Assembly: GCA_035342915.1 (NCBI GenBank)
Contig: DAOQYB010000012.1
Location: 1,479 to 65,478, forward strand
From: Anaerolineaceae bacterium
GTDB lineage: Bacteria; Chloroflexota; Anaerolineae; Anaerolineales; Anaerolineaceae
Reading direction: 5' to 3'
DNA length: 64,000 nucleotides
The notes beneath the pieces were generated by a model. That model worked only from the letters and a program-made list of their open reading frames with translations. It had not been told where the DNA came from and did no database searches. The stretch's first letter is position 1, and each line of letters opens with the position of its first letter. Both the position numbers and the translations under genes were made by a program. Shown here piece after piece: positions 8,659-17,183 of this stretch.

Positions 8659-9960
8659 TCAGGGCTGCTGCGGCTGCGCTGATTCCAGCGCCTTCAAAGC
8701 TTCCGCTGCAGCAGCGCGGATGCGCGCTGCTGCTCCGTCGGTCCAACCGATCATGCCGCCGCCCTCGATCTGCGGGTGGAAACGCCCGCCGTAGAACACC
8801 GGTTTTAAAGGCTGCGCGCTGATCACAGCATTCAGGCTCTCTTTCAATTCCCGTGTCGGCACCAGGTTTTTTACCATGGCGAGCGCGCTGGTGATCTTTT
8901 CCGTCCGGCAGTTGAGCATTTCAGCGATCAGCGCCGCCAGCGCGCGGCTGCCTTCTTCTCCCCTTGCCTGCAGATCCTCCAGCGCCTGCTTCCAGTAAGC
9001 TTTTGTGTCCATAATGTCGTCGCGGGTACATTCGATCAGCGCCCTGACGCCGGGCAGGTTCAATAACTCCGTGCTGGTGAGCAGCGGCTTTTCTTGAACG
9101 GCGCCCGTGACCCTTACAACCGCCTGGTCGCTGATCTCCTGGACGGGCATAGTGAAGGATGCCCCGGTGATGTTCAACTCCGCGAACCTGTCAGCGAATT
9201 TCTTGTTCGGAATATCGATCCTCACGCACACCCCCTGCTGCCCGTCGCTTTTTAATTCCTCGTTTAACCACGCGCTCACCGGTTCAGCCAGGTTTTTTTT
9301 AAAGAACAGCTTGTAGGGTAATTTGAACAGCAGCCAGGCAATGCCGTACCCGATGCCCGCACAGACAACGAAGGTGAGCCACCACGGCGTCTCCGCCCCG
9401 CCGCTGGTTGGCCCCATCTTCGCAAAGATGGTCAGTGGAATCCCGATGACCAGCGCGAGGATGATCACCGCGGTGTTCACCCGGTCGGTTAATTTGGCGT
9501 TGCGCGCGCAGCGCTGGCAGTACGGGATGCCTTTCAGTTCGGCTTTAACCTCACCGAATTCCTTGAACTTGTTCTTCATTTTGATCGTTTCACAGCGTTC
9601 CACAGCACCTCCGCACCAGGCGCATTCCGCCGGCCAATGGATGGCATCGATGTTTTCTTCGACGATGAAGTTTTTCTCGCGCCTGACCTTGGCAACGTTA
9701 TCCCCGGCATTCACGGTCTGCCCCTGCATCATTTGAACTGCGCTGCTGCCAAACGGCTGGCGCATTGAAGGTGTTGCCGCCTTGATCTTATCCCCCCCAA
9801 TGATGCGCTTTCTCAACAGCATCCATACACCGGCGACCAGGAACATGGAGTAAACCACCGCCTGCCCGGCGGTCGACTCTCCGTAAATGAGATACACGGT
9901 CACCGCGATCAGCGCGATGAGCACAAACCCCCCGAAAAAGACGAGTTTTCCTTTACGCAT
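8659..9960 (-). CDS. membrane protein with CxxC...CxxC module and C-terminal HEAT-like repeats; function unknown
   Basis: Start MRKGKLVFFGG at 9960 with an AGGAGG RBS. Two N-terminal TM helices, CAWCGG...CQRCARN, two further TM helices, and an alpha-helical repeat tail (RALAALIAEML...AAARIRAAAAEALKALE). Confidence 0.75.
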   Translation of the reverse strand: MRKGKLVFFGGFVLIALIAVTVYLIYGESTAGQAVVYSMFLVAGVWMLLRKRIIGGDKIKAATPSMRQPFGSSAVQMMQGQTVNAGDNVAKVRREKNFIVEENIDAIHWPAECAWCGGAVERCETIKMKNKFKEFGEVKAELKGIPYCQRCARNAKLTDRVNTAVIILALVIGIPLTIFAKMGPTSGGAETPWWLTFVVCAGIGYGIAWLLFKLPYKLFFKKNLAEPVSAWLNEELKSDGQQGVCVRIDIPNKKFADRFAELNITGASFTMPVQEISDQAVVRVTGAVQEKPLLTSTELLNLPGVRALIECTRDDIMDTKAYWKQALEDLQARGEEGSRALAALIAEMLNCRTEKITSALAMVKNLVPTRELKESLNAVISAQPLKPVFYGGRFHPQIEGGGMIGWTDGAAARIRAAAAEALKALESAQPQQP

Positions 9961-10207
9961 TTGATTTGCCTCCTGGTTCTCAATGAGTTGAAAGTGCCTT
10001 AAAACCAAAAGAGCACGCCGCACCTTGAGGGTGAACATGCTCTTGTCACAACGTCACTGTATGGAGCGTCGCACCTTGCAGGTGCTGACCGCTATTCAAT
10101 AGAACTGCAAACCAGCCTGATTTCCAGCGTTAATCACATACTACTACGCTGATAAATCAATGTCAATAATCAGTTATCTCTCCCAATCCCTGATCACCAG
10201 TCTCTGA

Positions 10208-11107
10208 TCACGGCTCTCTCCCCTCCCACCCCGCCGCGTACCACTGCAGGTACCCGGCTACGTGCGCCTGCCAGTAAGCCTGGTCGTGCTGCCCGGGGTA
10301 GATGTGGAACTCGTGCGGGATGGCATTGCGGGTGAGGATGTCCACAAAGTAGTCAATGCCCTCGTAGAGAAAATCATCCTCGCCGCGGTCCAGGTAGATG
10401 CGCGGGTACTCGGCGCGCGAACGCGTCTCGAGGTGCTTCTGGATCTGCCAGGCGTCACCCAGCATCAGCCCCATGGAATGCGCGCCTACCGCCCCGAAGG
10501 TATCAAAGTTGCGCGCTGCCAGGCGCATCGCCCAGCCGCCCCCGCGGCTGACCCCGCCGATGGCGCGGCAATCCCGCTCGGTGCACACCGTGTAATGCGC
10601 CTCCACCCACGGGATGAGCTCGTTCAGAACCACATCCGGGAAAAGGGATTCGCCGGCGGGATCGAAGTTGCCCACCTCATACGGCATCACCATCAAAAAA
10701 GAAGGCCCGCCCTGCGCGATCATCTCATCCACCAGGTCAGCCGCGCCCAGCTCCAGCCAGAAGGTGTCGTCCATGTTCTGCCCGTGCAGCAGGTAAAGCA
10801 CGGGGTAGGTTTTACCCCCCTCTTCACCGTAACAGGGCGGGGTGTACACGCTCACCGTGTAAGTATGCTCCAGCAGCACTGAACTCAGCTCGAGCCGTTC
10901 CACCTGCCCTCCCCGCGCGCGGTCGCAGGGGATGGGCGTTGGCAGCGCTGTGGGCAGCGCTGTTGACACGGGTGCAATCGTCGGGGTGGGCAGCACCGGC
11001 CCCTCCCCCGCCAGCGCCCGGCCTGCGCAGGCACTCAGCAGCAACGTACTAGCGCTGACCAGCAGGATTACCAGATTTTTAACTACGCGCAATAGTGTCT
11101 TCTTCAA
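10208..11107 (-). CDS. putative esterase (esterase D / enterochelin-esterase-like alpha/beta hydrolase), lipoprotein
   Basis: YPVLYLLHGQ, nucleophile elbow GGVSRGGGWA, and the typical C-terminal HEFHIYPGQHD. The track ORF runs to 11590 but overlaps the divergent MFS gene. I prefer TTG at 11107 (LKKTLLRVVKNLVILLVSASTLLLSAC, lipobox) with AAGGAAG upstream. Start is uncertain. Confidence 0.8.
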   Translation of the reverse strand: MKKTLLRVVKNLVILLVSASTLLLSACAGRALAGEGPVLPTPTIAPVSTALPTALPTPIPCDRARGGQVERLELSSVLLEHTYTVSVYTPPCYGEEGGKTYPVLYLLHGQNMDDTFWLELGAADLVDEMIAQGGPSFLMVMPYEVGNFDPAGESLFPDVVLNELIPWVEAHYTVCTERDCRAIGGVSRGGGWAMRLAARNFDTFGAVGAHSMGLMLGDAWQIQKHLETRSRAEYPRIYLDRGEDDFLYEGIDYFVDILTRNAIPHEFHIYPGQHDQAYWQAHVAGYLQWYAAGWEGREP

Positions 11108-11275
11108 TGGCTTCCTTGCTCCGCATCTGTATTTTATCCAATACCTCTGCTTTTCGGAATACCCGGGTATAATTGCCGCGTGCCGCAACCAAATTGACGC
11201 AGGCGGGTTAAAAATTGTGTTGCATCCTACCCTTGCCATTCTACCTTTCAAATATCTTACTTGTGGGAGTAAACA

Positions 11276-12598
11276 ATGTCTGAAGCTATGATAGATCCTA
11301 GGACAGATAAAAAAGCACGCCGGGCCTGGTATTTTTATGACTTCGGCAATTCCGCCTACGCGGCCGTGGTGCTGCTGGCGGTCTATTCCGTGTATTTCTC
11401 CAGCGTGGTCGCCGACCACGTGCGGGGTCCATCCCTTTGGAACCTGGCGGTGGGCATCGCCGCCGTCATCGTGGCGGTCATCTCGCCGGTCCTTGGTACC
11501 ATTGCCGATTTCTCCAGGTCCAAGAAGAAATTCCTCTTCATTTTCACCCTGCTGGCCATTGTGTTCACCGCCCTGCTCTTCTTCGTGCAAAAGGGCGATG
11601 TCTTCATCGGCATCCTCTTCTTCATCCTGGCTGAGATCGGCTACCGCGCCGCCCAGGTCTTTTACGACGCCCTGCTGGTGGACGTCTCGACCCCCGAGAC
11701 CATCGGCAACGTTTCAGGCAAGGGCTGGGCCATGGGTATGCTGGGGGGCATCGCCTGCCTGGTGCTGGTGCTCATCCCGATCCAGCTCGCCCCCGGCAAC
11801 ACCCTGATGGTGCGCGTCGCTTTCCTCATCACCGCCCTCTTTTACGCGGCTTCCTCTATCCCGCTGATGCTGCGGGTGCGGCAGATCAACGAGCCCGAGC
11901 AGCTCCCCGCGGGCGAATCCACCATCCAGCACGCCTTCAAAAAACTGGCTTCCACCTTCCGAGACATCAAGCGCTATAAAGAGTTCATCAAGTACACCGT
12001 CTCTTTCCTCATTTATAACGACGGTATCATGATGTTGATGGACAACGCCGCCATCATCGCCGGCATCCTATACGGCTTCAAAACTTCTGAGTTGATCATC
12101 CTCATCATCATCCTGCAGGTGGCTGGAGCGGGCGGTGCTTACCTCTTCGGGCGTATTTCCAACCGGCAGAGCAGCAAACAGGCCATCATCTACTCGCTCA
12201 TCATGCTCATTATCGTGGTTTCGCTGCTCTTCATCACCCGCAGCAAGGTGTTCTTCTATGTCATCGGCGCGCTGGCCGGCTTTTCACTTTCAGGCGTGCA
12301 GGCGGTGAGCCGCACCATGGTGAGCCAGCTTTCGCCCCCCACCAAAACAGCCGAGTTCTACGGCTTCCTTTCGGTCGCCGGGCGCACCTCCACCTTCATC
12401 GGCCCCTGGGTGTTCGGTTCAATGTACGCTGCCTTCACCAACCATTACCTGAACCGCGGCCTCAGCGAAGAAGCCGCCAAGAGCGGCGGCATCATGTGGG
12501 GCATCGGTTCGATCGTGGTCTTCCTGGTCATCGGGCTGCTGTTCCTGCTGATCGTGCGCAGGGTCACCCACAAGGAACCGTTGAAATTTGACGAGTAA
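11276..12598 (+). CDS. MFS transporter, UMF1/Atg22-like family
   Basis: 440 aa, about 12 TM helices. N-terminal RRAWYFYDFGNSAYAAVVLLAVYSVYF is typical of this family. Confidence 0.85.
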   Translation: MSEAMIDPRTDKKARRAWYFYDFGNSAYAAVVLLAVYSVYFSSVVADHVRGPSLWNLAVGIAAVIVAVISPVLGTIADFSRSKKKFLFIFTLLAIVFTALLFFVQKGDVFIGILFFILAEIGYRAAQVFYDALLVDVSTPETIGNVSGKGWAMGMLGGIACLVLVLIPIQLAPGNTLMVRVAFLITALFYAASSIPLMLRVRQINEPEQLPAGESTIQHAFKKLASTFRDIKRYKEFIKYTVSFLIYNDGIMMLMDNAAIIAGILYGFKTSELIILIIILQVAGAGGAYLFGRISNRQSSKQAIIYSLIMLIIVVSLLFITRSKVFFYVIGALAGFSLSGVQAVSRTMVSQLSPPTKTAEFYGFLSVAGRTSTFIGPWVFGSMYAAFTNHYLNRGLSEEAAKSGGIMWGIGSIVVFLVIGLLFLLIVRRVTHKEPLKFDE

Positions 12599-12604
12599 AG
12601 CAAC

Positions 12605-12635
12605 AAACCGCCAGCCGCGGCTGGCGGTTTGATTT
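12605..12635 (+). terminator. rho-independent terminator-like hairpin
   Basis: AAACCGCCAG-CCGCGG-CTGGCGGTTT followed by GATTT, 7 nt after the MFS stop. Confidence 0.6.
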
Positions 12636-12655
12636 GAGAGGACTATAATACTGGC

Positions 12656-13384
12656 ATGAGAAAAAAGATCCCCTACCCGCGGCGTCAGTTCATCCGCCGT
12701 GCCCTAAAATCCGGCATCGCCATGGCGTTCGGGCTGCTCGCGGACGTCAAAATCAACGGCCGGGAAAACCTGCCGAAGCAGGGCCCCCTCATCGTGGTGG
12801 GCAACCACTTTAATTTTCTTGATCCGCTCATGTTCATCCACCTGCTGCCCTACCCGGTTGAATTTGTGGGCGGCGCCAAGATGCCCAACGCGCCGGCCGC
12901 CACCCACTTTCTGCAGCGCCTGTTCGGGGTCATCCCCACGGCGCGCGGCACCGTCTCCCGCGACACGCTTTACGGGGCCGAGTCCATCCTCGAGCAGAAA
13001 GGCGTATTGGCCATCTTCCCTGAAGGCGGCAGCTGGGCGACCGTGCTGCGCCCCGCCCGCCCCGGCGCGGCTTTCCTCGCCGTCCGCAACGCGGCACCCA
13101 TCCTGCCCATCGGTATTGACGGCACGGTCGGCTTCTTCAAGAACCTGCGCAAAGGCCGTGTGCCTGTCACCCTCAACATCGGCAAACCCTTCGGTCCCTT
13201 GAACGCACAACCCGGCATGCGCCCTTCACGCGACGAGCTCGATGAGGTCGGGCATACCATCATGCGCAGCATCGCCCCGCTCATCCCGCCCGAGAGGCGC
13301 GGTTTCTATTCCGATGACCCCTCCATCCGCGAGGCGGCGCGCGGCACCGAGATCTACCCCTTCGCCAGCACGGCTGAGATCTAA
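12656..13384 (+). CDS. plsC: 1-acyl-sn-glycerol-3-phosphate (lysophospholipid) acyltransferase
   Basis: HX4D motif (VVGNHFNFLDP), FPEGG motif, and a third-block PILPIGIDG. Confidence 0.88.
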   Translation: MRKKIPYPRRQFIRRALKSGIAMAFGLLADVKINGRENLPKQGPLIVVGNHFNFLDPLMFIHLLPYPVEFVGGAKMPNAPAATHFLQRLFGVIPTARGTVSRDTLYGAESILEQKGVLAIFPEGGSWATVLRPARPGAAFLAVRNAAPILPIGIDGTVGFFKNLRKGRVPVTLNIGKPFGPLNAQPGMRPSRDELDEVGHTIMRSIAPLIPPERRGFYSDDPSIREAARGTEIYPFASTAEI

Positions 13385-13401
13385 ACTTTCAAATCCATTA
13401 C

Positions 13402-13430
13402 AGAACCGGTCATAAACCGGTTCTTTTTTT
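13402..13430 (+). terminator. rho-independent terminator
   Basis: AGAACCGGT-CATAA-ACCGGTTCT followed by T7. Confidence 0.75.
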
Positions 13431-13484
13431 GGTTAATTGCGCTATTATAAAAGTATCGCATTGTGAATCACCAGGAGAATCTCC

Positions 13485-14405
13485 ATGAAAAAAATCCTCG
13501 TCCTCACCCTTGTGCTGGTATTCGTAACCGCCTGCAACCTGCCCATCGGCCCGGGCGCGGCAACACCGCCGCCCGAAGCGCCGCCGCCGCTCGTCGTCAC
13601 CGCGACCGCTGAATTGCCGCCGGCACCGGCCACCACTGAACCCCCCGCGCCGCCCACTGAGGCGCCCACCACACCGCCGGGCATCGAGCTGAACCTGGGG
13701 GGCGTGTACATGATCATCCCGCCCTGCCTGCCCATCTCGGCTGCCGGCGCCATCGCGCCCGCCCAGAACTACGACCCCATGGGCGGTCCGCAGGAGGTGT
13801 ACCCGCAGCACCGCCGCATTGATTACAGCGGCTATCCGCTCAGCGGCACCTTCTTCGCGCCGTACATGCGCGTCTTCCCGGTGGCGGAATTCGCCAGCGC
13901 ATACGCCGCCGCGCCTGAGAACTACGCCGCCCCTACCATCAGCGCCATGCAATCCCTGCTCACCACGCGCCCACCCGATAACGATGACCCCCTGCCCTTT
14001 CTGGTGATGGCCGGCGCTGGTCAAGTCTTCCACACCCAGGCCAAGTACCTTGATTTTGCCAACGGCAGCGGCGTTCGCTACCTCACCTCCTACGGGCAGT
14101 ACTATGTGCCCTACAACAACCACGACCTTTTCTATACCTTCCAGGGGCTCACCAGCGACGGCAAGTACTGGGTCTCGGTCATCTTCCCGGTTAACCACGC
14201 CCTGCTGCCGCCCACGTATGACTCCACTGTTGTCCCGCCCGGCGGGGTGCCCATCCCCTCCTACACCTCTGCCACCTACGATGCCGACATGACCGCCTAT
14301 TACGCCACCATGAAAGCGCTGATGAATTCCCAGCCCGATAACACCTTCACGCCCGGGCTGGATTGCCTCGACCAGTACATCTCCTCGCTCAGTATCGGCG
14401 ATTGA
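13485..14405 (+). CDS. lipoprotein with Pro-rich linker; function unknown
   Basis: Signal plus lipobox (LVFVTAC), a PPPEAPPP...linker, then a globular domain. GGAGAATCTCC lies upstream of the ATG. Confidence 0.8.
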   Translation: MKKILVLTLVLVFVTACNLPIGPGAATPPPEAPPPLVVTATAELPPAPATTEPPAPPTEAPTTPPGIELNLGGVYMIIPPCLPISAAGAIAPAQNYDPMGGPQEVYPQHRRIDYSGYPLSGTFFAPYMRVFPVAEFASAYAAAPENYAAPTISAMQSLLTTRPPDNDDPLPFLVMAGAGQVFHTQAKYLDFANGSGVRYLTSYGQYYVPYNNHDLFYTFQGLTSDGKYWVSVIFPVNHALLPPTYDSTVVPPGGVPIPSYTSATYDADMTAYYATMKALMNSQPDNTFTPGLDCLDQYISSLSIGD

Positions 14406-14527
14406 TCGGAGCAGGGGCACGATACACCACTCGCTTTGCTCGAGTGTGCAAAAATCGCAATTTCGTGCCCCTGCCACACGATGTAGCGTCATTGCGATAA
14501 TCGGTTTTTTACACCTGCTATGGTCAT

Positions 14528-14649
14528 GTCATCGCGAAGGCGCGGTTTTTTGCGCCTGAAGCAATCTCCCGTTGATTTGCGTCTCTCCAACTCCTGCGCT
14601 TTTGGGCGAGATTGCCGCGGCCTGGAATACCGCCAGAGCTCGCAATGAC
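14528..14649. repeat. MITE/REP-like element (inverted pair of GAGATTGC...CTCGCAATGAC units)
   Basis: Left unit in reverse orientation, 14528-14568: GTCATCGCGAAGG...GAAGCAATCTC. Right unit, 14608-14649: GAGATTGCCGCGG...GCTCGCAATGAC. An extra half-end GTCATTGCGA sits at 14488-14497. The same unit occurs at 19637-19674 and 55495-55637. Confidence 0.65.
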
Positions 14650-14688
14650 ATTTCCCTCTGTTCCATTCCTGCATTACAATAGACCATT

Positions 14689-16086
14689 ATGAACCGGCTT
14701 CTGCGCGCCGCGCTGGCGCTCACCCTTTCCCTCACCTTCGCCCTCTCCGCCGCGCCCGCGCGCACTGCTCGCGCCCAGTACAACGGCGCCTACTACACCA
14801 CACAGGAAGGCGACACGCTCACCGAGGTGGCGTTCTACTTCCGCGTCTCTCTCAATGACCTCATCGCCCTCAACCCCATGCCCGACCCCGATAACCTGCC
14901 CCCCGGCAAGGTGCTTCTCATCCCGGGCTTTGAAGACCTGCAGGGCGAGCTGCTGCGTGCGGATGTACCCGCGGGTGAGAGCATGCGCTCCCTCAAGCGC
15001 GCCTACCGCATGCCCGATGAGCTCTTTCAGCGCCTCAACTTCGTCACCGCGCCCGACGCGTTCATGGCGGGTCAGCAGTACACTTACCTCGCGCCCGAAG
15101 GTCTTGAGCAGACGCGCCTGCAGCTGGTGGAGGGGGTAACCCCGCTGGAGCTGGCGGTCTACGGCGCTGCCAGCCCGTGGCTGCCGGCCGTGTACAACGG
15201 CCTGCCCGCCCCCTGGCGCCTGCTGCGCAACGACACATTGTTCCTCCCCGGCGCTGAACGCGGCGCCGTCACCGCGCTGCTGCCGCTGGTCACCGGCGTG
15301 ACCCTCGACCAGCTGGCGCAGGGCAAGACCTCAGTTCTCACCGCCAGCGCATCACAGGGCACCGCGCTCTCCGGTGAACTGCTGGGCTACCCGCTGCGCT
15401 TCTTCGCTGATTCCAGCGGCGGCTACACCGCCCTGCAGGGTGTGCCGCGCCTGGCAGACCCCGGCGTCACCAGCATCACCATGCAAGCCGCCGCGCCTGA
15501 CGGGCGCGTCTTTACCATCGAACAGCACGCCTACCTCCAACCCAAAAACTACGGCTTTGACCCCGAGCTCGAGGTACTGGACAGCGTGATCGACCCCGCC
15601 ATTACCGGACCCGAGCTTGAATTTGTGACCGGTCTGGTGGCCGATGCCCCGCCCGAAAAGTTGTGGCAGGGGCGCTTTGAGCATCCCTCCACCACACCCG
15701 AATTCATCACCTCGTGGTACGGCCGGCTGCGCTCCTTCAACGGCAGCGGGTACACCTACTTTCACTCCGGCCTGGATTACGGCGGCGGTGCATCCTCACC
15801 CATCCTGGCGCCCGCGCCGGGCGTGGTGGTGTACACCGGCACCCTCGACGTGCGCGGCAATACCACGCTCATCTCGCACGGCTGGGGCGTGTACACCGGC
15901 TACTGGCACCAGTCGCGTATTGACGTGCAGGTGGGCGACACCGTGCAAACCGGGCAGACCATTGGCATGATGGGCGAGACCGGGCGCGTCACCGGTCCGC
16001 ACCTGCACTTCAGCGTCTTCGTGGGCGGCGTCGAGGTGGACCCAGAGGACTGGATCAACGGGCTTTACGTATACACGGGAGGCTGA
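14689..16086 (+). CDS. LysM domain-containing M23 family metallopeptidase
   Basis: Signal peptide. LysM (YTTQEGDTLTEVAFYFRVSLNDLIALNP...GKVLLIPG). M23 catalytic motifs HSGLDYG and GRVTGPHLHFSV. Confidence 0.92.
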   Translation: MNRLLRAALALTLSLTFALSAAPARTARAQYNGAYYTTQEGDTLTEVAFYFRVSLNDLIALNPMPDPDNLPPGKVLLIPGFEDLQGELLRADVPAGESMRSLKRAYRMPDELFQRLNFVTAPDAFMAGQQYTYLAPEGLEQTRLQLVEGVTPLELAVYGAASPWLPAVYNGLPAPWRLLRNDTLFLPGAERGAVTALLPLVTGVTLDQLAQGKTSVLTASASQGTALSGELLGYPLRFFADSSGGYTALQGVPRLADPGVTSITMQAAAPDGRVFTIEQHAYLQPKNYGFDPELEVLDSVIDPAITGPELEFVTGLVADAPPEKLWQGRFEHPSTTPEFITSWYGRLRSFNGSGYTYFHSGLDYGGGASSPILAPAPGVVVYTGTLDVRGNTTLISHGWGVYTGYWHQSRIDVQVGDTVQTGQTIGMMGETGRVTGPHLHFSVFVGGVEVDPEDWINGLYVYTGG

Positions 16087-16087
16087 C

Positions 16088-16759
16088 ATGATCAACCCTG
16101 AATGTGAGTACTGCGGTCGCCGCAACCCTCAAGGCATCGAACGCTGCCAGGCCTGCGGAGCGCCGCTGCCCTACACGCCCGCGCCTCAGGCGCGCGTGAC
16201 CATCGTTGAAGAACCCGCCGCCCCCGCCCCAGAGCCTTCTCTCTCAGAGATCCTGCCCTCCAGCGACCAGCTGCAGGAGGGGCTCAAGGCGGTCGGAGCG
16301 GTGGCCGGCTCGCTGGGGGTCGGCGCCATCATCCTGCGCGTCGCCGCCCAGGGCATCGCCATCGCGGTATCCGCCTTCCTGGTGGGGCTCACCGCGGGCA
16401 ATTCAGGCGCGGGGCTGATTCATTACCTGCCCCACCTGCTGCCCGCTCTCGCCGGCGGCGCGCTGCTGGGCATCGTCATCACGCTGGTGCGCAAACGCAC
16501 CATCTGGACGCTCCTGGCAGCGCCGTTTGGTAGCTTCATCGCATTCATGTTAACCACCTTCATCCGCTTTTCCAACAGGGATGTACCGCTGGCAGCGCTC
16601 ATCACCCTTGCCGGCGGATTGCTCTTCGCCGTCATCGGCGGGCAGCGCAGCCGCGGCAAACCCCTGCCCTGCCTCAAGGTGCTGCAGCCCGTCCTGGGCG
16701 CCATCGGCGGGCTGCTCTTCGCGCTGTTGGGCTTTTTCGTGATGTACCGCGTTTATTGA
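16088..16759 (+). CDS. zinc-ribbon domain membrane protein; function unknown
   Basis: N-terminal CEYCGRRNPQGIERCQACGAPL followed by about 5 TM helices. Start lies 1 nt after the M23 stop, with a GGGAGG RBS. Confidence 0.75.
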   Translation: MINPECEYCGRRNPQGIERCQACGAPLPYTPAPQARVTIVEEPAAPAPEPSLSEILPSSDQLQEGLKAVGAVAGSLGVGAIILRVAAQGIAIAVSAFLVGLTAGNSGAGLIHYLPHLLPALAGGALLGIVITLVRKRTIWTLLAAPFGSFIAFMLTTFIRFSNRDVPLAALITLAGGLLFAVIGGQRSRGKPLPCLKVLQPVLGAIGGLLFALLGFFVMYRVY

Positions 16760-16781
16760 CCCCAAAAGCAGGAGCCTCGCC

Positions 16782-17126
16782 ATGTCCCCCAGCCCTTTCT
16801 TTAAGATCGAGATCTACGCCCCCGAAGAGAACGTGGATGAGCTCCTCGAAGCCCTCGCCCGAACCCGCGCCGGTGAGATCGGAAAGTACGACCACTGTGC
16901 CACCCTCATCCCCGTGCAGGGCACCTGGCGCCCGCTGCAGGGCGCTGACCCCGCCCTCGGCAAAACCGGCGAGCTGTACAGCGGCAGCGAGGTCAAGCTG
17001 GAACTGCTCTGCCGCGAGGAATACCTGCTGGAGGCGGTGCAGGCGGTGCGCGACGTGCACCCTTACGAAGAGCCGGTCATCAACATCATCCCCCTGGCCA
17101 ACGGGCGTTACGGCGGCACAGTGTAA
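16782..17126 (+). CDS. Nif3-associated PII-fold domain protein (COG3323 / YqfO C-terminal-like)
   Basis: KIEIYAPEENVDELLEALARTRAGEIGKYDHCATL...G.W.PL.GA.P..G..GEL...EVKLELLC......AVQAVRDVHPYEEPVINIIPL matches the conserved pattern of this family as I recall it. Confidence 0.7.
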   Translation: MSPSPFFKIEIYAPEENVDELLEALARTRAGEIGKYDHCATLIPVQGTWRPLQGADPALGKTGELYSGSEVKLELLCREEYLLEAVQAVRDVHPYEEPVINIIPLANGRYGGTV

Positions 17127-17130
17127 GCGC

Positions 17131-17166
17131 AAAAACACGGCTGGTTTCACCCAGCCGTGCTGTTTT
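17131..17166. terminator. bidirectional rho-independent terminator between convergent genes
   Basis: AAAAA-CACGGCTGG-TTTCAC-CCAGCCGTG-CTGTTTT. Confidence 0.75.
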
Positions 17167-17183
17167 CAGTTAACCGGCACTCA

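Noticed and set aside
10010-10090. Two similar hairpins (CACCTTGAGGGTG and GCACCTTGCAGGTGC) downstream of the esterase gene.
   Set aside because: The stems are short and no T-tract follows on the transcribed strand. The first lies in the discarded 5' extension of the 8659 track ORF, upstream of my preferred start at 9960. Possibly weak terminators, but not well enough supported to report.
10262-10882. Long ORFs antisense to or overlapping well-supported genes. Examples: 10262-10882, 13410-14492, 22041-22709, 28512-29375, 39818-40588, 45810-46403, 54439-55458 and 61149-61943.
   Set aside because: They lie opposite genes with clear family motifs, have Arg/Gly/Pro/Ala-rich low-complexity translations typical of GC-rich shadow frames, and have no RBS. 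I treat them as artefacts.
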